Shown: positions 29,373 to 44,812 of the stretch, piece after piece
Position numbering within the stretch: position 1 is the first letter of the stretch
Layout of the letters: each line of letters begins with the position of its first letter
Made by a program: the position numbers and the translations under genes
The notes under the pieces: model-generated
Told to the model about the DNA's origin: nothing
Databases searched by the model: none
The model's input: the letters and a program-made list of their open reading frames with translations, nothing else
DNA from: Eledone cirrhosa
Taxonomy: Eukaryota
NCBI GenBank assembly: GCA_964016885.1
Contig: OZ024742.1
Location: 35,464,001-35,528,000, forward strand
Direction of reading: 5' to 3'
DNA: 64,000 bases

Positions 29373-29861
29373 TTTTGATGATTTTGGTAAGGTCTATGTA
29401 TATATTTTCTTCTAACTTTGATTTTGTACCTAATTATGTATGGTTAACTATATGTCTGGTCAATTTCTACAGACTATTAGAAATACTAGGTAAATTTTTT
29501 GTAGCTATGAGTCGCGGATAAGAAGCTATATCATTTATCTTTTGTTATAATAAGTATATTTTAATAAGTATATCTTAATAAGTATATTTTAATAAGTATA
29601 TCATAATAAGTATATTTTAATAAGTATATCATAATAAGTATATTTTAAACTTATAGTCTAGTTTAAATGATTTTTATGTGATTGATTTATGCTGATTGGG
29701 AGAAGAAATACTGTATATATTTTATCTAATGATTCTATAGACTTACTTTATATATGTATATATACATACATACATACATATATAAATATATATATACTAC
29801 CCTAAGTATTGAGTACTTTGGTGCGTTATGATCCACCTGGTTCCTTACCACATTTCCTTCG

Positions 29862-29935
<74 letters not shown>

Positions 29936-30005
29936 GTGTGTATGTATATATATATATGTGTGTGTGTGTATATATATATATATATACAAATATATATATA
30001 TATAA

Positions 30006-30062
<57 letters not shown>

Positions 30063-30460
30063 CATATATATATATATATTCATAAACACACTCACACACA
30101 CACGCACATATATATAGATGTGTATGTGTGTGTGTGTGTGTGTATACATACAAAATATATGTATAGAGAGAGATGGGGATAGTTAGAGAGGGAGGGAACG
30201 TGAGATAGATGCAGAGACAGGCAGAGTATATATAAAAGCCAGTGTTGCAGTCTAAAAGAGAAAGAGAGGGGGAGGGGTTATTCACACAGTAGTACCATTA
30301 ATTTATGATGTATGTGTCATAGGTGAAGCATCTCAGATCTATTTTCTCCACAGAAAGGTTAGAAAAATCAAAATGACGTATTAATTGCCAATTTATATAT
30401 TTTAGTCAACGAAGGGACGTAACCACTCGCCCTGTTTAACACCACATGATCCATGGATTA

Positions 30461-31053
30461 CTTTAGCAGAGAGATTCTCAAACGTTTTGGGACACTGTCC
30501 TTCTCACGGCCATGTTATACCATCAGCGGCCCCCAATCCTATCTCCAGAGAGAATTACCTACACGCAAAGCGTAAATAATATATAATAAATAAAATCGTT
30601 AATTTATATATAATAAATAAAATCGTTAATTTATATATAATAAATAAAATCGTTAATTTATATATAATAAATAATATTCTTGTTTCTACTTTTGGCACAA
30701 GGCCAGCAATTACCCAGTGCATTACTGGTACTTTATTTTATCGATCCCGTAAGGATGAAAGGAAAAGTTAACCTCGGTGGGATTTGAACTCAGAATGGCA
30801 AGGGCCATAACGCTATGCGTCAAAGCATGGCGTGCGTCCGACCCTCTACCGATACTGCCAATTCACTGATAAAATATTAAATATTTTTTTATTTTACTAT
30901 ATTTATATGTAATATGTATCATTTGATATTTAATATACTATTATATCATCTTTATACCCCCCTCCACAGCCCTCTTAAGCCCCAGCGCCCCCTGGACCTT
31001 CTCAATGCCCCCAGGGGGCGGTAGCGTCCGCTTTCAGAACCTTTGCTTTAGCA
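30461..31053. mobile_element. hAT-like MITE with a nested SINE and a 30-bp triplication
   Basis: 8-bp direct repeat CTTTAGCA at both ends; degenerate TIRs (GAGAGATTCTCAAA / TTTCAGAACCTTTG); SINE at about 30677-30868. Confidence 0.55.
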
Positions 31054-31409
31054 GAAACTTCATTGTCATAATTATTTGGTGGATTGGTAGAGTCGATAGT
31101 ATATCGGATAGAATGATTTGTGGTGATTACTCCGGCTTTCTGTTCTCTGAATTCATATCCTATCGAAGCCAACCTTGGGTTTCATCATTACGGGGATGAT
31201 AAATAAAGTACTAGTCTAGTAAAGTAAAATAGTATAGGGCCCTTAGACCTGATGAAGTCGCAGAGACGGCGCAGTCATAACATACTTTAGAACATTTTAT
31301 ACCTGGCGGGACACAGGTTAATTTTTCCAGAGAAAGAAAGAGAGAGATAAAGAAATAGATAGAGAGAGAGAAAGAGTGGGGGAGAGAGAGAGACGGAAAG
31401 GGAGAGAGA

Positions 31410-31455
<46 letters not shown>

Positions 31456-31614
31456 AGTTAATATAAATTAATATATAATAAACACTAATATAAACATATA
31501 AGTGTTTGTATTGTAAATGACCAAGTTAGCTAGATTGAAAAATACTAATTAGATTAATACAGTTTGCCTGTCTCGATTTAAAATAATAAATCAATAAAAA
31601 CAAACCCATATTGG

Positions 31615-31652
<38 letters not shown>

Positions 31653-31923
31653 GAGAGGTATAGAGATTGTTTTAGCGAGAAGCTAACAGCATTCTATAAC
31701 ATATATGCGACTATAACGTCAAGATGGGAAAAGTAGTTAACGTAAGATTTAGGTAAAATAATTTAAACTCATCTCAAAAGAGAATCAGGATACAAATTCA
31801 TCCACAGAATTTAGTGCAATCCAGGGAAAAATCAATAGACCTTTAACTCATGATAAAATAAAGTTCAAAACACTTATCCTTCAATTTGGAATAACATCAA
31901 ATGCTCTGTATAGTCTTAAAAGA

Positions 31924-32197
<274 letters not shown>

Positions 32198-32909
32198 ACC
32201 ATGAAATGATGAAGTTCTAAGTTGACATCGGCGGGATTTGAACTCAGTTCAGTGAAACGGAACAAATAGCGAAAAATATTAAATTTGATGGTCTAGCAAC
32301 TGTCAATTCGCCGCCTTACCATTTCGCTACTGAGACACATTCTTCTTCTCCATCTTTCTTTCTTTGGCTGTGGTCAGACATGGAGTGGGATTGGTAAACT
32401 TGTGACGACGATGAATTTGCTTGGCAAGGTTTTTGATATGAAATTGTGTTGAAACAAATATTGTTATATTTGGGGAGGGTCATGTCGTTATAATATTGCC
32501 AGAAATATATAGTAAAATACACCAGTCTAGAAGCTCCTGGAAATATTATTGCTATAGCCCTTTCTCCTCTCACAGATATAAGTATTTGTTGTTGTTGTTG
32601 TTTAGCCAAAATCAGTGCAATTTGAAGAGATCTATTACCAAAAACTTTCTAGCTGTGATTATTTTGTCCGGTTTTCAAGAACAGTTATTTTAGGACAATG
32701 ACATTAAACACCAGTCATATACTAAGGATGATATGATCGACTCAGCCAAAATAATCGCCCGTTTAAATATATTATTACCCAACATGTGGCTGTCTTTTAT
32801 CAGGCTTCACCATTGGGTTAGGCTTCTAGGCTGATGGTAACACACAGTCAGTATGTCTTCACTCATCTTTTTAAAAAAAGAAAGATCCTTTCAAAATATC
32901 AACTAAAAC

Positions 32910-34814
32910 GTGAGTGGTAGTGATTGTGATGGCGGTGGTGGCAGTGGTGTTGGTGGTGATGAAGGTGGTGGAAGTGTGTTTGTGGTAATGAAGGTTGTGG
33001 TAGTGGTGTTGGTGGTGATTGTGATGGCGGTGGTGGAAGTGGTGTTGGTGGTGATGAAGGTGGTGGCAGTGGTGGTGGTGGTGATGAAGGTGGTGGCAGT
33101 GGTGGTGGTGGTAATGAAGGTTGTGGTAGTGGTGTTGGTGGGTATTGTGATGGCGGTGGTGGCAGTGGTGTTGGTGGTGATGAAGGTGGTGGCAGTGGTG
33201 TTGGTGGTAATGAAGGTTGTGGTAGTGGTGTTGGTGGTGATTGTGATGGTGGTGGAAGTGGTGTTGGTGGTGATGAAGGTGGTGGCAGTGGTGTTGGTGG
33301 TGGCAGTGGTGTTGGTGGTAATGAAGGTTGTGGTAGTGGTGTTGGTGGTGATTGTGATGGTGGTGGTGGAAGTGGTGTTGGTGGTGATGAAGGTGGTGGC
33401 AGTGGTGTTGGTGGTGATGAAGGTGGTGGAAGTGGTGTTGGTGGTGATTGTGATGGTGGTGGTGTTGGTGGTGATTGTGATGGTGGTGGAAGTGGTGTTG
33501 GTGGTGATGAAGGTGGTGGCAGTGGTGTTGGTGGTGATGAAGGTGGTGGAAGTGGTGTTGGTGGTGATGAAGGTGGTGGCAGTGGTGTTGGTGGTAATGA
33601 AGGTTGTGGTAGTGGTGTTGGTGGTGATTGTGATGGTGGTGGAAGTGGTGTTGGTGGTGATGAAGGTGGTGGCAGTGGTGTTGGTGGTGATGAAGGTGGT
33701 GGAAGTGGTGTTGGTGGTGATGAAGGTGGTGGCAGTGGTGTTGGTGGTAATGAAGGTTGTGGTAGTGGTGTTGGTGGTGATTGTGATGGTGGTGGAAGTG
33801 GTGTTGGTGGTGATGAAGGTGGTGGCAGTGGTGTTGGTGGTGATGAAGGTGGTGGAAGTGGTGTTTGTGGTGATGAAGGTTGTGGTAGTGGTGTTGGTGG
33901 TGATTGTGATGGCGGTGGTGGAAGTGCTGTTGGTGGTGATGAAGGTGGTGGCAGTGGTGTTTGTGGTGATGAAGGTGGTGGAAGTGGTGTTGGTGGTGAT
34001 GAAGGTGGTGGAAGTGGTGTTGGTGGTAATGAAGGTTGTGGTAGTGGTGTTGGTGGTGATTGTGATGGTGGTGGAAGTGGTGTTGGTGGTGATGAAGGTG
34101 GTGGCAGTGGTGTTGGTGGTGATGAAGGTGGTGGCAGTGGTGTTGGTGGTGATTGTGATGGTGGTGGTGGAAGTGGTGTTGGTGGTGATTGTGATGGCGG
34201 TGGTAGAAGTGGTGTTGGTGGTGATGAAGGTGGTGGCAGTGGTGTTGGTGGTGATTGTGATGGCGGTGGTGGAAGTGGTGTTGGTGGTGATGAAGGTGGT
34301 GGAAGTGGTGTTGGTGGTGATTGTGATGGCGGTGGTGGAAGTGGTGTTGGTGGTGATGGCGGCGGTGGAAGTGGTGTTGGTGGTGATGAAGGTGGTGGCA
34401 GTGGTGTTGGTGGGGATTGTGATGGCGGTGGAAGTGGTGTTGGTGGGGATTGTGATGGCGGTGGAAGTGGTGTTGGTGGTGATTGTGATGGCGGTGGTGG
34501 AAGTGGTGTTGGTGGTGATGAAGGTGGTGTCAGTGGTGTTGGTGGTGATGAAGGTGGTGGAAGTGGTGTTGGTGGTGATGAAGGTGGTGGAAGTGGTGTT
34601 GGTGGTGATGAAGGTGGTGGCAGTGGTGTTGGTGGTGATGAAGGTGGTGGCAGTGGTGTTGGTGGTGATTGTGATGAAGGTGGTGGCAGTGGTGTTGGTG
34701 GTGATTGTGATGAAGGTGGTGGCAGTGGTGTTGGTGGTGATGAAGGTGGTGGCAGTGGTGGTGGTGGTAATGAAGGTGGTGGAAGTGGTGTTGGTGGTGA
34801 TGAAGGTGGTGGAA
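32910..34814. repeat. (GGT)-based triplet-periodic minisatellite (27-33 bp units)
   Basis: GTGGTGTTGGTGGTGATGAAGGTGGTGGCA/GAA variants over 1.9 kb. Confidence 0.92.
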
Positions 34815-34959
34815 CTTATGTGGGAATATAAAGGAATGAAATTCTTGTATGAGTTCTTTGAATGGCTAAGACTACTAAGTATCAAAATAAACTACTGGCC
34901 GTTCCTTTCGACAGCCAACGCAGTCACTAGAGATAACTATGTGACTACAGTACTACTGT

Positions 34960-35012
<53 letters not shown>

Positions 35013-35047
35013 TATGCAACGCTAAAATGTGCAACGTTATATATACA

Positions 35048-35142
<95 letters not shown>

Positions 35143-35296
35143 ATGTGTGTGTGTGCGAACGTGTGTGTGTCTGTGTGTAAATTAGTTTTGTGCGTGTGTC
35201 TCAGTACAACGATGTCATCGAAACAGCGATATTAGCAAAATTCCTGCAGTTGTATTGTAACAAGTGTTGTATATATATATATATATATACACATAC

Positions 35297-35350
<54 letters not shown>

Positions 35351-35421
35351 CCACACACACACACACATATATATATATATACACATACATATATACATAT
35401 ATATATATACACCCACACATA

Positions 35422-35505
<84 letters not shown>

Positions 35506-35506
35506 C

Positions 35507-35538
<32 letters not shown>

Positions 35539-35796
35539 GATATATATGTATATATATATATACATATGTGTGTGTATGTGTATGTGGGTGTGTATGTCTG
35601 TGTGTGTATGTGTGTGTTTGTGTGTGTGTGTTTGTATTTATGTTATATACTTTGATAGATACAAAACTTTGTCCTTTGAGGCTGGCATCGTAGGTCCTTC
35701 AGTACAGAAATGGTGGTTGAATATATGTAGGCATACACTTACATATGAACATACGTACATACTTGAGTACATACAAACACACACATATAGACATAG

Positions 35797-35829
<33 letters not shown>

Positions 35830-35946
35830 GCATTCATTAATGCATATATGCATATACGTGTAAACATATAAACACACACTTATACACATATTCATGTTTA
35901 TATAAATCTTCATATATAAATGTATATATTCTCCTAATTCTCTCTT

Positions 35947-36010
<64 letters not shown>

Positions 36011-36121
36011 TATATATATATGCATATATATACAAACACACACACACACATATATATATATATACATATATATATGTATATATATATATATATATATGTG
36101 TGTGATAGATAGATATATATA

Positions 36122-36176
<55 letters not shown>

Positions 36177-36371
36177 ATATATATATATATATATGTGTGT
36201 ATATATATATATATGTGTGTGTGTATATATATATATGTGTGTGTATATATATATATATGTGTGTGTATATATATATATATGTGTGTGTATATATGTATAT
36301 ATATATATATGTGTGTGTATATATATATATATGTGTGTGTATATATATATATATGTGTGTGTATATATATA

Positions 36372-37450
<1,079 letters not shown>

Positions 37451-37751
37451 CCATACATACATACATCTACGGACCATTGATAAAGAGTTTTCAGCTTTAT
37501 ACCCATTATTATTGGAGCTACAGGTTAAATACCAACCCGCTTGGACCAAAATATGACTGAACTTAGATCTGTGGACAAAGAGCGCATCATCATCATGAAT
37601 TCATAGACTACAAATGGCCGTGATATCTGACACCATCAATATTTTCAAAATATTCTTGCAATTCAAGGGATGGAAATTTCTTTTCTTTTATAACCTTGCC
37701 ACCAGGAAGGTGGCCAGTCAAAAATGTACTCGAAATTAAAAGATACATACA

Positions 37752-38060
37752 TTCAGAAACAACACAACTAGTTAGGAAATTAAAAGTACAATCCATTAAT
37801 ATGTAAAACATTCCAAAATGTCTGCATGTAATAACTGCATGTACACATATACAGATACAAAACATATGAACATGCATACATATAACTAAAAAATACACCT
37901 CCACACATACAATAACATCCATACCTGCACACACATATGTATGCATGCAGATATGCATATACCTAGTTGATGTGTAAATTCCAATGAGAGAGTCTTGTGT
38001 CTATGTTAGAAACCGACTCTCTCTGTTGGTAAACATTTATAAAATTATAAAACCAGAAGA

Positions 38061-38061
<1 letters not shown>
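37752..38061 (+). mobile_element. Third, 3'-end-only copy of the R4/Dong-like element
   Basis: Matches the end of the ORF and 3' UTR of the 37140-37450 copy; followed by (CA)n/(CATA)n. Confidence 0.8.
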
Positions 38062-38095
<34 letters not shown>

Positions 38096-38596
38096 TACAT
38101 ACATACATATATACATGCATACATGCATATATACATACATACATTAATACATACATATATACATGCATACATGCATACATGCATACATACATACATACAT
38201 ACATACATACATACATACATACATACATACATACATACATGCATACATGCATACATACATACATGCATACATACACACACAGAGACACACATGCATGCAT
38301 GTGACATAATGGTTAGAGTTCGAAGCCAGGATCGTGATATGGTCGGCTCGAAATCTGAAGAGTGACGTGTTGTGTAAATAAGCTAGACACTTTATTTAAC
38401 GTGAATCCAGTCCACTCCGCTGTCGAAAAATACGGTGTACTTATGATTGAAAGGGTTAGCATTGTCACACATTGTATCGCACAGGATCTTACAGAAAGTT
38501 CCCTTACCGGAGCACGTTGTCTATGGAATCCTCAGCTACTTGCATGTTAATTCCATGAACAAACAGCTAGAACATTCGTCATCGAAACAGGCGGTC

Positions 38597-38670
<74 letters not shown>

Positions 38671-39126
38671 ATACATACATACACACACATACACACACAT
38701 ACATACATACATACATACACACACACACAAACACACACATACACATACACACATACATACACATACACACACATACATACACACACATGCACATACACAC
38801 ATACATACACATACACACACACATACATACACACACATGCACATACACACATACATACACACACACATACATACACACATACATGCTTTCCTGTATTTTT
38901 TAGGGTAGTTTTAGCTAGTTTCCCTTTGTCTATTTTGTCAGATAATATGACTCCGGTTTGACCAGCAACACCGTCCGTGGGGGTAGTACAGTATACGTCA
39001 ATTTCCACGTCTGATGACCACGGAGTCTTTGTACTTGTTGCCAATATTACTACAGTGTATTACTGGTACTAAAGTAACTGGTAATTGCTGGCCTTGTGCC
39101 AAAAGTAGAAACAAATATTACTACAA

Positions 39127-39316
39127 GGGTGGTGGATTGGCAGTATCAGTAGCGGGTCGGACGCCATGCTTTGACGCGTAGAGTTACGGCCCCTTCCATT
39201 CTGAGTTCAAATCCCGTCGAGGTTAACTTTTTCTTTCATCCTTATGGGGTCGATAAAATAAAATACCAGTAATGCACTTGTTAATTGCTGGCCTTGAGCC
39301 AAAAAGTAGAAACAAT
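39127..39316 (+). mobile_element. SINE family A copy
   Basis: A and B boxes and tail as in the consensus. Confidence 0.85.
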
Positions 39317-39658
39317 TCTTACTACAGTATTGTCTATCATTTACATGGCTTCGCTCCTCATCTTTTGTTAACTTGTCTATTTATCGCTACATATCTCCTT
39401 TAATATCACGTGTCTATCGTCTCGTTCTTTCGTATTCGTGTCTTCCACATCATCTTGTTGAAGCAGTTAAAACCAGCCAAAATGTTTCTCCACTGTGTGT
39501 CACTTTTTCTGTGTGTCCTCGTTTCCAGCTCTAACTGGTTCTTTTTGTCATGTATTGTACGACTTAATTGTCGCTTTGTTTTGTTTTCGTCTTGATACTC
39601 CAAGGACAGTGTTTGGTTATCTTGTCAAGCACTGTGACCATGGATGGACCAGCAGTCG

Positions 39659-39733
<75 letters not shown>

Positions 39734-39757
39734 AAAAGGAGAGTGAGAGAGAGAGAG

Positions 39758-39804
<47 letters not shown>

Positions 39805-39907
39805 AAGAGAAGAGAGCAAGAGAGGAGAGAGAAGGAGAGTATGGGACGTGAACCTATGACAATTAAGCCATGTGCCTTCTCAATAAAGTTCTATTTCTAC
39901 ATAATAA

Positions 39908-40095
39908 TAATTGCTTCTACTTTTGCCACAAGGCCAGCAATTACCCAGTGCATTTCAGGTACTTTATTTTAGCGACCCCGTAAGGATGAAAGGCAAAGTT
40001 AACCTCGGCGGATTTCAACTCAGAACGCAAAGGGCCATAACTATACTGCAAAGCATGGCGTCTGACGCTCTACCGATACTGCCAAACCACCGCCA
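39908..40095 (-). mobile_element. SINE family A copy
   Basis: Reverse complement of the consensus. Confidence 0.85.
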
Positions 40096-40656
40096 TTTCA
40101 ACATAATAATAATAAAAGAAGAAATTTCAGATTCCGAGTTGAAACATTTACAAAATAACAGAAACGAATAGAATAAGAAATTACAAAAAGTAGTTTGGGG
40201 ACACAAGAAATTTGAAACCTTAAATTCTAAACAACTTTAGCTGAAACATGAAACATGACCTTACAGCTGAAATAGTAAAATATTAAAATAAATCATATAC
40301 TAAACGTTAAATGCTGAATAGGCAGCTTCTAGAGAGATGTATCGCAATTTTTAACACAAGTCGCACAATTGTTCTTAAAGATACACTCTGTAAGATGAAC
40401 AAGATGGTAACTACTGAAAGTTTATATCGGGGAAGAAATTATAAATTCAGCAAGGAAGCTCTATGGATGGAGTGGACGCACCATGGCCGAATGGTTAAGA
40501 ATTTTGCTTCGTAATCATAAGGTCTCGTGTGCGATTTCCCTGCGTGGCATCTTGGGCAAGTGTCATTTACCAAAGCTTTGTTAGGGAAATTGTTCGTTAG
40601 CCCGTCGAAGGGACTGTACCTGTAATTAAAAACGTTGAATAGCCCTGAGGATCGCG

Positions 40657-40884
40657 ATAACCCTTTAACATTTACATTACTCTATATGTTCTATTGTATT
40701 TTTGCGGTAAAGGCTTTATCTTACATAATATCTCAGATAATATCGAATCTATGAGATTTTGATATTATATATTTTGAGAACAATACCTTAACGTAAGTAT
40801 GAGTGGCTTATTAGAGCTGGTTTGAACAGAAAGGGGTGAAAGAATTCTGGCCGGATATGGCCGGTTTAAATGCTAAAGGGTTAA
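40657..40884. mobile_element. piggyBac-like MITE, second copy
   Basis: ATAA-CCCTTTAACATTTA...TAAATGCTAAAGGG-TTAA; internal sequence colinear with 11209-11429. Confidence 0.85.
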
Positions 40885-41344
40885 GCTAGGACGTGTCACT
40901 GGAGTACTCCACCACCTGCGAAATATATGTTACGTAACTGGAAGGACCCAGGATAACCAAAAGTTTAACCCGGAAGAGAATAACTCAAACTAAAATTGTC
41001 TCCCCAACAACAGTCTAATTTGAGTTGTCTCCTTTGTCACCAAACTACTGACATCTGCCGCACAGAATCCAGTCAGCTCATACATACTTCTGTTCTACCG
41101 CAGCCATGTACGGGTTGAAAATACGTCCGGTGAAACGCACGTCCTCGAGTATTGTTTGGTAATTTGTTGTGGAGCTAACTCTATATCGAACACGTCCTTC
41201 GGACTGACTGCGGATATAGCCTTCCGGTTTTTTTACGATTATATATATATATATACTTTTGTAAGAGATGTCAACATGAATGGACCTGTTATTATCTAAA
41301 GACATTTTTTTCAATTCCAACCCGCCCGTCCCCTCAATCCATCT

Positions 41345-41584
<240 letters not shown>

Positions 41585-42443
41585 ATATATATATATAAGG
41601 TATACAAACATATCTCCAATGAAAGTAGATGATTATAATTATAGTATGTAATTGCCAGTTTTTATAACTCAATGCGGTTATATAATATCTAAAGGTTTGA
41701 AGAAAAATATATATAAGTGAGGGATAGTTATAAACGGGGAACAAATGTAGACAAGAGTATGTATGCTTGTATATGTACCTCTTGGTAGAACAAGGCTCTC
41801 GTGAATACCCTTGTATGTAACACCTTCAGTAAATTCCACACCCTGGATACCTCTATAAGAGAGAGTTATATATAGGGATACATTAGCCCAGGGAATTCAG
41901 TTCCGGTCTATTTTAGATAGTGAGTAGTCTTGTGCATATTTTCTCGGAACGTAGGCCACCCACCTCCTACTTTCTCATACCACCCATCAAAATGAATACC
42001 CTTCCCTCTAGCCTGTATGTGTCTTCAACACATTGAACTGACCCTAATCAAATAGGAAGGGGTGCACTATAAGATATATTGTACATTATCATGAAACTGA
42101 ATATGAACCTATTTGCGCTGATAGTTTGCTAAACACTACCCTGTGTTGGTGGACTTTTTTAGATGAAAGTATTGAAGTGTTGGTATATCTGCCTCTTAGT
42201 ATACATGGAATTGTATATATGGCTACTTCGGGAGAAATACATTTTTCAAGAACATATACTCCAACAAATTATCCCTATTACGGATACCACCAGACAAAGG
42301 AAAATATAGCATGTATGATACGACCTATAGTGATTTATATTTAGATGTATGCAGAGACAGATTCCAAGGGTTAGGAACCTATGGAAGCATTGATAAATGT
42401 TCACTTGAAGATTTGTGGTATGTTCAGCTGTAGATCTCTCTCT

Positions 42444-42900
<457 letters not shown>

Positions 42901-42920
42901 ATATATAGATCAGGATTTTT

Positions 42921-42976
42921 TCATTCTGATGATTGAAAGCAAAATTTTTTGCTTTTAAGAAACCACTGGTAAATGG
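42921..42976 (+). ncRNA. Type I hammerhead ribozyme motif
   Basis: TCATT-CTGATGA-TTGAAAGCAAAA..TTTTGCTTTTAA-GAAA-CC ACT G-GTA-AATGG: all three stems pair, GUA triplet. Confidence 0.78.
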
Positions 42977-43003
42977 AATAATTGCCTTATGTTGTTTATT
43001 ACA

Positions 43004-43063
<60 letters not shown>

Positions 43064-43067
<4 letters not shown>

Positions 43068-43271
43068 GTATAAAAATCAATACAATATAATTACCTCATT
43101 ACCAGAGGTTTCCCGAATGAGGCGAATACGAAATAAACGTCTTCATTCGTTCGTCAGACGAGGCAATATTGCCTCGTCTGACGAACGAATGAAGACGTTT
43201 ATTTCGTATTCACCTCATTCGGGAAACCTCTGGTAATGAGGTAATTATATTGTATTGATTTTTATACATTA
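43064..43271. repeat. Fold-back palindrome (axis CAAT|ATTG)
   Basis: 104-bp arms, almost perfect. Confidence 0.93.
43168..43245 (+). ncRNA. Type I hammerhead ribozyme motif (mirror copy at 43090-43167)
   Basis: ATTGCCTCGT-CTGACGA-ACGAATGA...TCATTCGG-GAAA-CC TCT G-GTA-ATGAGGTAAT: 10-bp stem I including G-U pairs. Confidence 0.78.
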
Positions 43272-43345
43272 AATTTTGCTCTGATACTTACATAGAGCAC
43301 TCTTCACTTCTATGACCTTTTCTGTTTCCAACGGAAATTTCAATA

Positions 43346-43422
<77 letters not shown>

Positions 43423-43777
43423 TTCTTTATATATATATATCATCATCATCATCATCATTTCATTTTACGTCCGCTTTTCCCTGCTTGCAAGGGTGGGACG
43501 GGAACTGATTCTGGCTTGATTTCTACAGCTGGATGTCCTTCCTAACACCAACCTCTTTTACAGTGAGTGCTGGGTGCTTTTTTGCCGTGGATATATATAT
43601 ATATATATATACCTATCTAATATATATATTGGTAGATATACATTTATAATAAACTGAAGTGAATATAAACAGGTGCGTGTGTTTTTATTGGCAGCATGAC
43701 CCTCCCAAATAATAACAATATCTGTTTCAACACAAGTTTTCAGATAAGAAATCTTGCAAAACAAATTAAAAAAGCAA

Positions 43778-43897
<120 letters not shown>

Positions 43898-44244
43898 TTG
43901 TGTATGGTGGTAGCCTGGTCGTATCCTTTATGTGAATATCCATGTGTGTGTTTAAGCAGCTAGAGGTGTAATATGTACGTCTTTGTTTCACTCGATCCTT
44001 CAAACAGCCCCTCAACACACCTATCATCTCTAGTGCTCCGTCTCCGATATCACCTCTAGGTATTAACCGACTCATTTCACCACCACCTGTCGGTAGCACA
44101 CCTGTCTGAAGAACTCAGGTGTCATTACAGTGAATAAATATTTACACCTTGCTGCTGGCACTTTAGTACTTCTAATTAACTTATCACCTCGGTGTGTGCG
44201 TGTGTGTATGCATGTGTATCATATGTGTACATTATATGTCTCTA

Positions 44245-44436
44245 GGGCAGTGGATTGGCAGTATCGGTAGAGGGTCGGACGCCAAGCTTAGCAGCATAGA
44301 GTTCCGGCCCTTCACGGTCTGAGTTCAAATCCCGCCGAGGTTAACTTTGCCTTTCATCCTTACGGGGTCGATAAAATAAAGCACCAGTAATAAACTGGGA
44401 TAATTGCTGGTCTTGTGCCTAAAGTAGAAACAATTA
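44245..44436 (+). mobile_element. SINE family A copy
   Basis: A and B boxes and tail as in the consensus. Confidence 0.85.
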
Positions 44437-44468
44437 AATGTCTATAATGTGTGTACATCACACACACA

Positions 44469-44556
<88 letters not shown>

Positions 44557-44812
44557 CTCTCTCTCTCTCTCTCCCTATATATATATATATATATATCTTG
44601 TATGTTGGTATGTATATACCTCACACAACAGTAATAAATCAAATGATTTGTGGATATCTAACTGCTATTTCTAGCAGCTCGGAGACACCCTCTAAAATCC
44701 CTCGTTGGCTCGTAGTGATATTGATAGTTGTAGCAATAGAAGAAGCAGATGAACATTTTAGAAACAAATCAAAACATCTATCAATCATATAAAACAAAGG
44801 TGGTTATCTTAC

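Noticed and set aside
38890-39660. Coding-like minus-strand sequence (ATSTKTPWSSDVEIDVYC...)
   Set aside because: Interrupted by a SINE and stops, with no splice sites; probably a decayed LINE fragment, too weak to classify.
41078-41230. Candidate exon with a GTATGT donor
   Set aside because: No proper acceptor, no domain similarity, and it abuts (TA)n and repeat-like sequence.
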